IMG/VR virus record: IMGVR_UViG_3300021541_000005 | Reading direction: 5' to 3' (one strand) | Source of the DNA: a virus | DNA length: 64,000 bases | In this document: positions 9,701-20,500 of the stretch, piece after piece | Layout: every line of letters starts with the position of its first letter | How positions within the stretch are numbered: the stretch's first letter is position 1 | The notes under the pieces: model-generated | Told to the model about the DNA's origin: nothing | Database searches by the model: none | What the model saw: only the letters and a program-made list of their open reading frames with translations | Program-made: the position numbers and the translations under genes

Positions 9701-11480
9701 AGAAATTATTAATGGTGTACTCAACGCTATGGGTATACATTCACCAGGTATTATTCAAAATAGTATTACTGATGAATTCAAGAACTCTGTTCAAAAGATT
9801 AAGGATGCTATTAAGCCGGCTGGTGAGTATGCAAGGCAAGTTGGTGCAGAGATAGTTGATAAATTTGGTGAACCGAAATTATCATTGGATACTGATGATT
9901 TAATGCCTTATTATGATTTGGATGAAAATCCGTTAGAAAATGTTGATTTAGCCAGTATGGATTTATCTAGTGTGTCTGGTGGTTTGGATTCTGCAATGGG
10001 TATGACTGATGATACTAATGTTATGATTGGTGAATCTTATGATGCATTAGCAACAATGATGATGACTACTTTGCAGAATATGGTTTTACAGGATCAATTT
10101 GCTTATGGTCAAATTCAGTCTAATGATTTAGCTACTTTCCAGAATATTAGTACTGGTTTGAACTTGAATTTGTTGTCTATGAGTAATAATCTTCGTACTC
10201 AGTTAAATCTTATGTTATTAACTCATCGTACTGCTATGACTAGTGCTACTAATACTACTCGTCAGCAATTGGCGTTAATGTTGAATGAAACAATGAAAGT
10301 CACCAGTGAGATGAGGTCTGCATGGGCGGTAATGGCAGACAGTATAATAAGTGCTGCTGCAAGGATTAAAAATGAAGCTACTGCTTACTTTGACCAGTTA
10401 TCTTCTACGATTGGTACTTTTTACAGGAAATTGCAGAATCCATCACAGTGGGCTGGTGGTGATTCTACTGGATCACCTTCTACTATAAGGCGTGTTGGTC
10501 GTGACCCTGCGGTTATGACTCGTATCACTCGTGGTGTGGCTAATAGTTTAAGACGTGATAATCAATTGCCTTACACTATTACTGCGGTTAAAGCGATGGA
10601 TAATGGATTGGTTAGTCCTGTAACCTTGGAGTATATGGATAAAACTGCATCTGATAATTTAAATCTTATTGATTTGATTCAACGTGGTGCCTGTCCTAAT
10701 TGTTTTGCTGGTGGATGGGATGCTGTTGCAGATCCAAACATTGCTTATATTAAGCAGACTGCTCGTGAGTGGCAAATGAAAGGGCCTGCTGTGCATACTG
10801 GTGTTGGTGATATTGACACTGGTTTATCTTTCCGTGTTAAAGACTTTGAAGGTGGAACACCGCATATTAGTTGGGAATCCTTTGTTAGGATTGCTACGGC
10901 GATTGCTAGTGCAATACCTTATGAATTGTACTACAATAGTGATGCTCATGGCTCTTGGCAAAATGCTATTGCTGCGGGTTCATGGAATTGTTATGATGGT
11001 GCTTCTGCAATGGTGGCTCTTGCAAATACCTGTGGTTATGGTGGTTATGTTGATTGTGGTTTGAATTGGGGTGGTTTTGGTCATTGTGCTGCTATTATTA
11101 ATGGTTATACTTTCGATACAACTGCTTTAAGGCAACGTGGTGGTTGGACTGCTGGTCCATGCAGTTATAGTCATCCGGCACCATCTGCTGGAGGTCCAAT
11201 TAATGTTCATATTCCTGGAGGCAGATCTGCTCCACGTACACATTCCAATCCATTAGAAGGATTATTTGACAATAATAATTCTAGGGGTAATGTTGAAGAG
11301 GTTAAATTAACATTAGAACATAAAGTGGATGTTACTGTTGATGGTAATGTTGAAAATATTGGTACTGATGCATTAATCAAAGAATTAACTGAGTCAGTCA
11401 CTGATAAAAGATTGATTGACCGTATTGCTGATGCATTAATTAAAAGGGATAAACGTATAGCTCGTATGGGAGGTGCATAA
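6759..11480 (+). CDS. Tail tape measure protein with C-terminal transglutaminase-like (Cys-His-Asp) peptidase domain
   Basis: 1573 aa; tape-measure N-domain, Ala-rich and Trp-periodic amphipathic repeats; WNCYDG, GHCAA and FDTT motifs near the C-terminus. Confidence 0.92.
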   Translation: MVSENIVKIILKMEDQATQMAQKADQAISKLGNTAQTSNQKASQSAQQLTQKYESTNDSIRRVGQAVEKVGQNGAKSFNNMGEATQKAVINFNRLDEQSQNVIRHMGNLDDESRQTFLGMYSYAQDAISKFDALQNETRTWGTTFDYTRSKMQLMGTNVDSLKGKIQVVGSSITTHLGNKWDTIKSKVTVFGNYITSHLSSALSTVRSKIQSLGDAFTGIGGVISTVFGGIGLKAMTDMTIGASINRDRIKSLSFAMLGYGESFESFSKGIWKQMDSMTNASLVSLDQLSQAASVVKMSTNASKEQMKELLPVLNDIGQRAILMGKSGDEAMGLMQAAGKGLNGEFEMLRENFGITKEKLENAGWNGSAEDIDGYTQALKKCLAESGDVNGMMDTTSGKITRLQKMWNVSARSLGDQFKPALDQALNSLLKFLDADNNGEIDKQAQGWVQCAVGAMTAASAFATLAPSIAPALQVMDMFFSKGRAVLTFLGLLEAEEGALTASTLANTIAEKANAIAKAAKGVTTAELTAEEVALGAAEAGLTAEEIAAAAAHAGSAVAMTAEGAAAVTAAGGTTTLTGALWGMTTALLSNPITWIVVALVALAVAVYEVGKAFGWWKDIPTLLAAVWSGIQRMWNAFINHPDVKAVIGVLVTAWNSLVSAIGWVISKVEEFFGIHINGEFDVVHAIIEGIGVAWQVITMPIRTVISIIQFLIPVFQSVASAVQTAQSKFGAFGGFLATMASPIIFVWELLRKIVCILLGCSPGIVPALQRTWEVFQEVFNAIAGFIGGIISPIVESIRPLIDIFVEIVTYLVEMFMPAWDLLSNILLVIWNAVSQLINIFQAFLSGQITLPQMLNMIWNLILTAYMTILTMIINFVFQWAGQIVSAAINAASGFVNGIITYISGLPGRFFSYLAQTTSNIINAGAQWVNTARQKASEMVNSASTTVQQLPGKIYTEFTKVPDRIREAIPQAIAAALNFGKEIINGVLNAMGIHSPGIIQNSITDEFKNSVQKIKDAIKPAGEYARQVGAEIVDKFGEPKLSLDTDDLMPYYDLDENPLENVDLASMDLSSVSGGLDSAMGMTDDTNVMIGESYDALATMMMTTLQNMVLQDQFAYGQIQSNDLATFQNISTGLNLNLLSMSNNLRTQLNLMLLTHRTAMTSATNTTRQQLALMLNETMKVTSEMRSAWAVMADSIISAAARIKNEATAYFDQLSSTIGTFYRKLQNPSQWAGGDSTGSPSTIRRVGRDPAVMTRITRGVANSLRRDNQLPYTITAVKAMDNGLVSPVTLEYMDKTASDNLNLIDLIQRGACPNCFAGGWDAVADPNIAYIKQTAREWQMKGPAVHTGVGDIDTGLSFRVKDFEGGTPHISWESFVRIATAIASAIPYELYYNSDAHGSWQNAIAAGSWNCYDGASAMVALANTCGYGGYVDCGLNWGGFGHCAAIINGYTFDTTALRQRGGWTAGPCSYSHPAPSAGGPINVHIPGGRSAPRTHSNPLEGLFDNNNSRGNVEEVKLTLEHKVDVTVDGNVENIGTDALIKELTESVTDKRLIDRIADALIKRDKRIARMGGA

Positions 11481-11483
11481 ATA

Positions 11484-12263
11484 ATGGAGAAAATAAGTGT
11501 TAACCCTGGTAGATGCCGTGTTCATGGTAATATTATAGGTTACAAATATGGTTATTTGGAAACTGATATTGGTTTTCAAAGCCATAAATGTGAAGTGGCA
11601 TTGAATCCCACACAATCAAAAGGATATGAGGATTTTGATGTCTATTCTTTTGCTTTAACAAAAAATTCGAACTTAGTTAATAAGTTTAATGATAGTATTG
11701 CTTACTGTAGTGAAACAGATATTGATGCTATAGGTGGTTTTCTTTATGTTTGTGAGCATTTTGATAGTACATTTGATCCAATAGAATCTATTGCGAATAT
11801 TCAAAATTTCACTAATGGTTATAAATTGGTGGTGAAAAATGATTATCTAGTTAATGGGGTGGACAATACCTCTCCATTTTACCTTTTAATCCATCAAAAC
11901 GGTACAGGTGTAGCCATACCATCTGGTACAACAAGGATATTGTTCAGTACTACTTATGAAGCCTCACAACATATCAGTAGCATTAAAGTAGGCTTTGTTT
12001 ATTTCGATAAAAACCATAATTATATTTCCAGTAAAGAAATAACTGATATTGCAAATGTCGCAACGGGCAATCGTGGACGTTGTAATGTACAAACAACTAA
12101 CATACCATCCAATGCTAAATATGTGAGTGTTGAATTCCATTTCAAAAATGGTGTAGGACAATACACAAATACCTCTGGAATATTGAAAAACGATTACTTT
12201 AGTATGGAATTAAACTGTTTACTCTTTAACCAAACTTATGGAGGTTTTGTTAAAAATGGCTAG
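11484..12263 (+). CDS. Minor tail protein, possibly with a carbohydrate-binding jelly-roll domain
   Basis: Position after tape measure; GFVYFDKNHNYIS...IPSNAKYVSVEF motif resembles CBM-like domains. Confidence 0.45.
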   Translation: MEKISVNPGRCRVHGNIIGYKYGYLETDIGFQSHKCEVALNPTQSKGYEDFDVYSFALTKNSNLVNKFNDSIAYCSETDIDAIGGFLYVCEHFDSTFDPIESIANIQNFTNGYKLVVKNDYLVNGVDNTSPFYLLIHQNGTGVAIPSGTTRILFSTTYEASQHISSIKVGFVYFDKNHNYISSKEITDIANVATGNRGRCNVQTTNIPSNAKYVSVEFHFKNGVGQYTNTSGILKNDYFSMELNCLLFNQTYGGFVKNG

Positions 12264-15078
12264 AGTAACATTATATCCAGTATGGGAAAATAACACTGGA
12301 ATGCGTAATGTTAATGGTAATACTGGTATCTATCGTGAGATGGAGGATATTCAGGGATTACATGATACAACCATTTATGGGCATTGGGGTAATGAAGACC
12401 CTGGAGCAGGTTATATGTATGCCGTCGCTTCGGTTAATGGTGGTAAATTTAAGCCTTCACAGATTGAAGTCACTAATTTCCATGTACTCGATAATATACC
12501 AGCTAATGCTCGTATTAAAAGCATTCAGGTTGAGTATGAGTATGCGAAATTTGCGTATCCTAATATGGGTCATGGATCATTCGGCCAACCTGTGATTAGC
12601 ATACCTACATTAGGTTTGTTTGCACCGGGTAATGCTCCACCTAAAGATGTTCTCACAGCATATAATGTTAAATTTGATGATTTAAAATTTACCGCAGAGG
12701 ATTTGGCGGATGTCAAGGTTACTTTTGATTTACCAATGAACACGTCAGCGAATCCTGCTTATGTGAAAATGAACTATCTTAGATTAAATATTGAATATAT
12801 AGTCCCGAATTATGTTCCACAGGTTAGTTTCGGTTTGAATAGTATTGAGTATGGGATGGAAGCTCCTGTTACGGTTGAAGTAATTGATACTAATAATGCT
12901 ATATCTGTTGCTGATGTGGATTGTACTGTAATAGTCACTCCTGGATTAAGGCTTGTGGATGGTAGTGTTAATTGCAGTGGAACATTTGACCCTGCTAATC
13001 ATGTATGGCATGCAAAAACCAATAATGGTAAAGCAACATTAACATTTAAGGTCACACCTGCGGATCCGAGTGTTCAAGGTTTGAATAATGTTAATGCTTA
13101 TGTTTTCATGGATTCATCAACTATTCATTCATCTGTAGAATCATTGTATATTACACCGCAAAAAGCTTATCTTTTGGAATGCAGTGTATCTGAAAATGCT
13201 ATAAAACAAAGTCTAAACAGTAGGCATTATACATTATTCACTTTAACAGTGCAGAATAATGCCCGTACACCTTTAGACGTTCATTTAGATTTTGATAAAC
13301 TGGAATATGAAGGCACCCTTGAAGGTTATGATGAAGATACAAAAACTTTAACAATCACTGAATGGGATGGAAATAATTATTTCGATGTTCAATTAAGGGT
13401 GTATAGTACTGTTTTAGAGGATGCTCAAATCATATGTTACAGTTCAGCATGGACTGGAGTAACAAAGATAAAAGTGAATGTAAATGAAGAGTTTGACTAT
13501 GAAGAGTATTATACAGAGTTAAATGCACCATTATTTACTTTAGAAAATATGCAAGGTACAAACGGTCAAGAATATGTTTTCGGCTGTCTTTGTAGAGTTA
13601 CAGGAACAAATAATATCATTAAAGGCATGAAAAATGCACGTGCTTCTGTATTAAATAATGGGGAAAAATTCACATCTAAAGTGTCACAAATAGGTTCATG
13701 GCAGTTATTGGCTGTTAAATTTACTTATAATGAATCTAAAAAGTTGTCTTTCCGTTTTTATGGTAATTATATTGAGGTTGATCAGGGTAAAATTGAGTTT
13801 GGTAATCTTTTTGTGATTCATGCTGATTATTATTCAGGTTATGAATATCCTGCTTTGGCTTTTGAAGAGTTACATTCTCTTATTACAAATGAGGATTATA
13901 CTAATCTTTTATTAGAACCTCCAGAAAAGAATCCGTCAAGCAGACATTATTTTGATTTAATTGACTGGATGGGTTTGGAGGATAATCAATATTTGATACC
14001 TCATGGTTTGGAAGTTACTGGAGATATTTCTGCTGAAGAAACTATAGGCATTACATTAGGTTTTGGCCACAAAGGTATAGATGAATTTGACTTTATTTCC
14101 GATAGTTTAAACATTGATGAGAATACTCAAACATTCAAGTTCGGAGGTAAATTTGAAACCTTGGGTTTGAGTTTTACAGACATCTCCACTTTATTAAAAG
14201 ACATTGCTTTCTATCTACAAATTGATGACATGTATGATAATCAAACACCCATCAACGTTCAAATGAAAAACGTAAAAATAACCCTCTACTATAGCCTGAA
14301 CAGTGATTGCTGGGAATTCTTTATCAATGGTGTTTCATCAAAACACTACTTATTAGACCTTCAAGCAGATAGTGAAATACCAAGAGGTGCTAAATACGAT
14401 GTTAATAAATTCAAAGTTGACGGTGCTGATGGTGAATATCCAAACAGAATTAATCTCAAAGGAAACAAATTAAAAATAAAATTTGGGACCTGTGAATGTG
14501 GAACTATTGAAGACTTAACATATCTATTAGAACATGTTGTAGAATGGTTATATCCTGAAAGAGATAGTCTAGATAACCCTTTATTGAAAACAATAAGTTT
14601 CTTTTACGCTCCTGATGTAGGTTATGATTATTACATCGAAGATACAATGGATGCTGAAGCTGTAGACGGTGCTTATGAATGTGAAGTAGAACTAATTGTA
14701 CCTTCAGGACTGGCCCGCAATCTTCATGAAACAGAAAGTTCTGCAACAGGCCATACAGGCCACATGGGTAAAGTAAAACCAGTAATATTATTCTACATCT
14801 TAAGCCATGACAGTGAAATAATTGTAATTGAAAGCAAAACCGGTCAAAAATTAACAGTAACTGGAGAATTCATTGATAATTTACCATTAAACACATTGTT
14901 AAAACTTGACTGTGGAAATCGTAAACTTTACTACGAATCCTATGGTGAATGGTTTGATATAGATCCAAATTGCATTACACTAGACAGTGATTTCTTTACC
15001 TTAGCAGGTTATTTTGATTTTTCAACTAGTGTCAACTGCAAAATATCTGAAGTAAAATACTATGAATTAAAAGGGTGA
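12238..15078 (+). CDS. Enlarged distal tail (Dit-like) protein with adhesin-like N-terminal domains (DUF11-like); start probably 12256
   Basis: C-terminal about 250 aa resembles siphovirus Dit (ISFFYAPDVGYDYYI, VELIVPSGLA, LKLDCGNRKLY); internal VTPGLRLV...GTFDP-NHVW DUF11-like segment. Confidence 0.62.
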   Translation: MEVLLKMARVTLYPVWENNTGMRNVNGNTGIYREMEDIQGLHDTTIYGHWGNEDPGAGYMYAVASVNGGKFKPSQIEVTNFHVLDNIPANARIKSIQVEYEYAKFAYPNMGHGSFGQPVISIPTLGLFAPGNAPPKDVLTAYNVKFDDLKFTAEDLADVKVTFDLPMNTSANPAYVKMNYLRLNIEYIVPNYVPQVSFGLNSIEYGMEAPVTVEVIDTNNAISVADVDCTVIVTPGLRLVDGSVNCSGTFDPANHVWHAKTNNGKATLTFKVTPADPSVQGLNNVNAYVFMDSSTIHSSVESLYITPQKAYLLECSVSENAIKQSLNSRHYTLFTLTVQNNARTPLDVHLDFDKLEYEGTLEGYDEDTKTLTITEWDGNNYFDVQLRVYSTVLEDAQIICYSSAWTGVTKIKVNVNEEFDYEEYYTELNAPLFTLENMQGTNGQEYVFGCLCRVTGTNNIIKGMKNARASVLNNGEKFTSKVSQIGSWQLLAVKFTYNESKKLSFRFYGNYIEVDQGKIEFGNLFVIHADYYSGYEYPALAFEELHSLITNEDYTNLLLEPPEKNPSSRHYFDLIDWMGLEDNQYLIPHGLEVTGDISAEETIGITLGFGHKGIDEFDFISDSLNIDENTQTFKFGGKFETLGLSFTDISTLLKDIAFYLQIDDMYDNQTPINVQMKNVKITLYYSLNSDCWEFFINGVSSKHYLLDLQADSEIPRGAKYDVNKFKVDGADGEYPNRINLKGNKLKIKFGTCECGTIEDLTYLLEHVVEWLYPERDSLDNPLLKTISFFYAPDVGYDYYIEDTMDAEAVDGAYECEVELIVPSGLARNLHETESSATGHTGHMGKVKPVILFYILSHDSEIIVIESKTGQKLTVTGEFIDNLPLNTLLKLDCGNRKLYYESYGEWFDIDPNCITLDSDFFTLAGYFDFSTSVNCKISEVKYYELKG

Positions 15079-15082
15079 TTAG

Positions 15083-17599
15083 ATGATTGTAATTTTAGAT
15101 CATGATGAAAACATCCTTGAATTCATGGATGATGCAGATGCCAGTGTTGAAATCACAGACACTTACGGAGGATATAATTCTTTAGATTTAGATTGTGAAT
15201 TAACTGATGTAAAAAAAGACCAATACCTCTTTAAACAAGGAAACAAACTGTTGATAAATAATATTCTTTTTGTAATTAATACTGAGGTTGAAGTGGACTA
15301 TGTGGATAATTTAATACATTTAGAAGCTGAAGAACTGGTCTATGAGTTAAATAATTGTGAACCATTCTATATTAATGATCCAATTTTTAAACAATATGTT
15401 TCAGGAAAAACAATTAAAATATCTTTCAACATGTTAAACTTACTATTCAAAGGATTTTACACTGTTGATGCTACAGATTTAAATGAAATAAGCTATGATA
15501 AGAAGTATGTTACTGTACAGGGAACAATTACAAAGTATAATCTTCTTAAAGAGATTGAAACGGCCACAGGATTAATGTTTAAATACCATTATGCTTTAGA
15601 TGGAAATAAAGTCATTAAAAAGGTGAGTCTGCTTAAACCTGAAAACTATGGAGTAACACATTCACAGCTCCTGGAACGTGTAACTGTAGGTGAAAATACA
15701 AATAAACTGGAATATAGTAGTGATGAAACCAAAAACGCCCTTGGAATAATGCCTATTATCAAATCAGAAAACAATAGTAATGTTGATTATAATAAAATTT
15801 TACAACAATTTTATAATTTAGACATTAACAACGAAAGAATAATGCCTTATTATGTAAATTACAGTGTTTTAGAAGAAAACTTCCTAAGTGCTGCTAAAAC
15901 GCTACATGAAAAGATTACTACTTTTGGCATTATCCCAGATACTATTCCTATGATTTTTGATGATGATGAAATAATACCTGTAGGAATGAGCCAATTTGTC
16001 GATATGGCAACAAAATATTTGATAAACTCGGATGAAGTTATACATCTAATTATTGTAGAACCTCCAAGCATTACACATGGTGACCGCTTAAACTGTGTTT
16101 TTGAAGAAACAGAGATTAACAACTTAGCCTACACTGTCCAAGATTATATCGCAAAAACAGGTCATATTAACACTACTATTTCAACAGGCCATGGGCGATT
16201 AAGTTTCCAATGGTTAATCTACATATTTGCAGAATATTTAACTACAAAAAAGAAAGTAGTCTGTAAATCTGAAGATTATCCTAATTTAAATAAACTTCTA
16301 CCTTCTGAAGTACAATATAATGTACGTCGCATTGTTGACACTGATAATTATGAGTATATGCCTTACGTTTACACCCAAAATACCAGTGAATCAAATAACA
16401 TTCCGTATCAAACACCAATGAATCCATTACCTGGGAAAAACATGTATGACTTAAATAATTACATTAGTGAATCATATCCACAAATGGTCATAACAAAAAC
16501 AGCAGGTGTAGAAAACATCACTATAACAATATCTAAACAAAATATTAGTCAAAACACACCAGAATCTTTCGTAATAGGATTCCGTGATGTGAATCTAATA
16601 CAGGATGGTACGGATATTACAATAGATTTCAATAAACAGGAAATCGTTTTCATGAAATTCTTTGAATGGATTGAAGAAAAAGAAGTTGAAGTTACAGAAT
16701 CCATACCTGCCGATGATGTTATAACAGTCAATATGATGCCTTCCTGTGGTTGCTGCGGTTACCCAAAAACACCATACAAACGCTTCACGAAAACATGGAA
16801 AAATTACTGTCCAAACTGTAAAAAATCAGGTACTTTAACAGATAATCCTAAAGGCGTTTATGAAGGTGAAATAACTTGCAGTATGAAAAAAGGCGGATGT
16901 GACGCAGACTACTGCGGATACTGCGGCGGTGACAAATGGGGTGGTGGAAAATGTGCTAGAGTAAAATTAACTCCTGCTGAAGCAACCACCGAAGAAACAC
17001 GCACCGAAACGATACAGGAAGTACATCAAGAATATAAAGAAGTCACAGCTAATGATGACAATAACGGAGAGGATGAAACTAAAATAAGATTAAATCAAAT
17101 ACTAACAGAAAACTCAAAATTAGACTCATGGCATGGAGATATAAGTATAAAAATCGAAGGAGCAACATTAAAAAGTCTAAAATCAGATTCCGTTAAATTA
17201 TATGAATTAGCACCATTCCCTTATGTAAAAGAGAAAGGTGACATGTTTATTCATGCTCCTATAACCTCAGCAGATTTCTACTATACTCACATGACAAATG
17301 ACAATCCAAAATTAGAACCCTTTGAAACTTCAGAACAATCCATCGAGGAAGTTTTAATCGGCTGCTGGAAAAAATTAAATGGTTCTGGTGATAATACGAA
17401 TTGGTTAGAAAAATCAGAGGATATTGAAGTAGATTTAACTGAAGAAAACTTGGATTTAGAAGCTGGAGACTTTGTATATATCAAACTACCTGATAGTATG
17501 GTGTTCAAGGCACAAATTACAGAGAAAAAATATGATCCAAAAATCAAATCAGATTCCAAATTAAAAATTGGAAACGTTTCCAGGGAGGCAATTGTATGA
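15083..17599 (+). CDS. Baseplate hub (Tal-like) protein with inserted pseudomurein-binding-like repeats and a Cys-rich domain
   Basis: MIVILDHDENILEF N-terminus and L--GD-V-I-----V----I----YD C-terminus typical of Tal; PMBR-like segments at about 15860-16245; Cys cluster at about 16735-16970. Confidence 0.75.
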   Translation: MIVILDHDENILEFMDDADASVEITDTYGGYNSLDLDCELTDVKKDQYLFKQGNKLLINNILFVINTEVEVDYVDNLIHLEAEELVYELNNCEPFYINDPIFKQYVSGKTIKISFNMLNLLFKGFYTVDATDLNEISYDKKYVTVQGTITKYNLLKEIETATGLMFKYHYALDGNKVIKKVSLLKPENYGVTHSQLLERVTVGENTNKLEYSSDETKNALGIMPIIKSENNSNVDYNKILQQFYNLDINNERIMPYYVNYSVLEENFLSAAKTLHEKITTFGIIPDTIPMIFDDDEIIPVGMSQFVDMATKYLINSDEVIHLIIVEPPSITHGDRLNCVFEETEINNLAYTVQDYIAKTGHINTTISTGHGRLSFQWLIYIFAEYLTTKKKVVCKSEDYPNLNKLLPSEVQYNVRRIVDTDNYEYMPYVYTQNTSESNNIPYQTPMNPLPGKNMYDLNNYISESYPQMVITKTAGVENITITISKQNISQNTPESFVIGFRDVNLIQDGTDITIDFNKQEIVFMKFFEWIEEKEVEVTESIPADDVITVNMMPSCGCCGYPKTPYKRFTKTWKNYCPNCKKSGTLTDNPKGVYEGEITCSMKKGGCDADYCGYCGGDKWGGGKCARVKLTPAEATTEETRTETIQEVHQEYKEVTANDDNNGEDETKIRLNQILTENSKLDSWHGDISIKIEGATLKSLKSDSVKLYELAPFPYVKEKGDMFIHAPITSADFYYTHMTNDNPKLEPFETSEQSIEEVLIGCWKKLNGSGDNTNWLEKSEDIEVDLTEENLDLEAGDFVYIKLPDSMVFKAQITEKKYDPKIKSDSKLKIGNVSREAIV

Positions 17600-20500
17600 C
17601 TAAATTAACAAACGCTGAAAAAGATAAACTAGATAATACCTGCGGAAACCTAAGAGTAACAAAGTTAGGAACGCATGTAAAATCATTAGAAGACTTTGTG
17701 AACGAAGGAGCACTCGCTACAAGAGCAAATGATGTAACTTCTGCAATCAATGAATTATATGGGATGATTGCGAACAATGAATGTGCAGACATTCAAATTC
17801 CACCACCAGGATTCTTTACTCTTTTTGGTAATGATGAGGATGGTAAGTTATATGTGTATTATAATGATGAAGATCATCCGCCGGTATTCCGTCATGTGGA
17901 AGAGCCTGGGGAACTGGAAGGAACATTATACTTGTATATTGCAGATCCTGAAGGTGAAAATCATTTTGAAATGGAAATCGGCCATTATATTGCAGTAAAA
18001 CATCTGGATAATTATTACACAAAAGCAGAGATTGATGCAGGTTACGCCATAAAAAACCATGCAAGCACAGCTAATACCTATGGTCTTGGTTCAACTTCTA
18101 AATATGGGCATGTAAAAACAATAAATGGTTTAACTCAAGCAAGCCATGCAGATGGTCTTGCATTATCAGCATATCAAGGGAAAGTTTTGAAAACTGCTGT
18201 TGATGAAAAAGTAGTGACTGTTGAAAAGCAATCTTCAGCTGAACAGGGTTATGCTGCTACATATGTTGTAAAACAGAATGGGTCACAGGTTGGAGTTAAA
18301 ATTAATATTCCTAAAGACTTTCTTGTGAAATCTACTTCAGTTAAAACGTGTACTACTGCAAATCAACCTGTAAATGGGTATGAAGTCGGGGACATTTATA
18401 TTGATTGGGTTGTTAATTCAAAAGATAATACTGCAACAGATGAACATCTCTATTTGCGTGCAAAAGACATAGGATCTTATCCTCCCGATGAAGTCACATT
18501 AACAATTGAAAATAATCAATTTAAAATCAAAAATGGTGGTGTTGGTTCTACTCAGCTTGCTAAAGACAGTGTAATCACGGATAAAATCAAAGATTCTAAT
18601 GTCACTACTGCAAAAATTAAAGATGGAAATGTTACAACAGTAAAAATCAAAGATGATAATGTAACTACTCCAAAAATTAAAGATTCTAATATTACTACTG
18701 ATAAAATTGCTGATGGTGCAGTTACAAATGATAAAGTAACTTCAATTACTAAAAATAAGATAAGTGATTTTAGTCACGCTCATGGAAACTTACAAAACGA
18801 CGGTAAAGTAGGAACAAGTAATAATGAAAATAAAAATGTTGTAACTGATGGAAATGGAAAAATTACAACTGAAGCAAAACCAACAGTTCCAACAGCTAAC
18901 AGTACTGCTTCTAATATTAAGATGGATGGTACTCAAAGTGCAGGTTCATTATCTACTTTTGCTAAAGCCGACCATGTCCACCCAACTGACACTAGTAGAG
19001 CATCTACTGACGTTGCTACTCAGTCTGCTAATGGTTTAATGAGTAGTTCAGATAAAACCAAATTAGATGGTATTGCAACTGGGGAAAATAAAACAACTAT
19101 AGATTCTGCATTAAGCACAACTTCTACAAACCCTGTTCAAAATAAAGTCATCAAGGCAAAAATAGACACTTTAGCAACAAAAGAAGAAGTTGATGATATT
19201 ATAGCAGGAGATATTGATTTAACAGGATATGTTAAAGATACAGATTCAAGATTGGCTGATGATAGAATTCCCAAAGTTATTGAAATTGATGGTACAGTAA
19301 ATGAACCTTATGATTTGGATTTAGTATATGGCACTGGTTTCTACATTGGTAATCGTGGTGGAAACAAAACATCTTTACATACTCCAGATGATACTTATGG
19401 TTCAAGATATGTGTTACTTGTGCAGGCATTTGGTTTAAATACATATATTAAACAAGTGTTTACATTTCTTAACAATGGAAAAACTTATACAAGATTCAAA
19501 ACAACTGGAAACTGGAGTTCATGGACTGAAATAAGTTATAATGGACATACTCATCATGACACAGATATTGATTGGGAAGGTGTCGCATTAGCAAATCAAG
19601 TAAGTCCATTAGATATGGCGATGTTCGAAGAATTAAGTGCAAATCGTCTGGCATTCTTAAGTGGAGATAATATTATTTTTGAATATTCAACAGATGGAGG
19701 TAGTACATGGACAGAAGGATATAATGATGCCGATGGAAAAACAAAAAAATTAAAACTTGTTACTACATCAGAACGTTTCAGTGGAGGTAATGGTGCTACA
19801 AAATCTGTGAATAATCAAGCAAGAATCACATTAAAAGCAGGCGAAGCAAATGTAGCAAGTAAAATTTACATGTACACAAGAAAACTTATGATTTACTTCT
19901 CAACAGCAGGAAGTAGGGGCTGTAAATGTAAAGTAGAAACTTCAACATACGGTACTCCTAGTGCTTGGACAACTATAGGTACTTACAATATTGATGGATA
20001 TTCCGGATGGAATAGTATACCATTAGCACTCACACTGGGAGGATTTGCAAGTCAGACTAATGGTACAAGAATACAAAATATTAGACTTACATTTAGTTGT
20101 ACCACTATAGGCAATTATAATTTTGAAATACAAAAAATAAGACTATTTGGTGAGACATGTTGGACATCTCCATCCACTATGGCGACTAATGGACATATGT
20201 ATACTTTTGATGAAAATGGAGATGTTACATTCCCCGCAAAAATTATTAAATCTGGAGGAACATCCGCACAATTCTTAAAAGCTAATGGTGATATCGATTC
20301 AACCACCTATGTAAGTGGAGCAGGAACTGGATTAACCAAAGATGGGGTGAATTTAAAACATAGCAATTCTGTTACTGCTGATACAACAGGTAATTTTAAA
20401 AAGTTGACATATGATTCTCAAGGACATATAACTGGAACAGTAAATGTACAGGCATCTGATTTGCCAACCCATTCACATGGAGCATCTGATTTGCCGACAT

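Noticed and set aside
18583-18732. 30-nt periodic repeats as a CRISPR or mini-array
   Set aside because: In-frame coding repeats with no unique spacers
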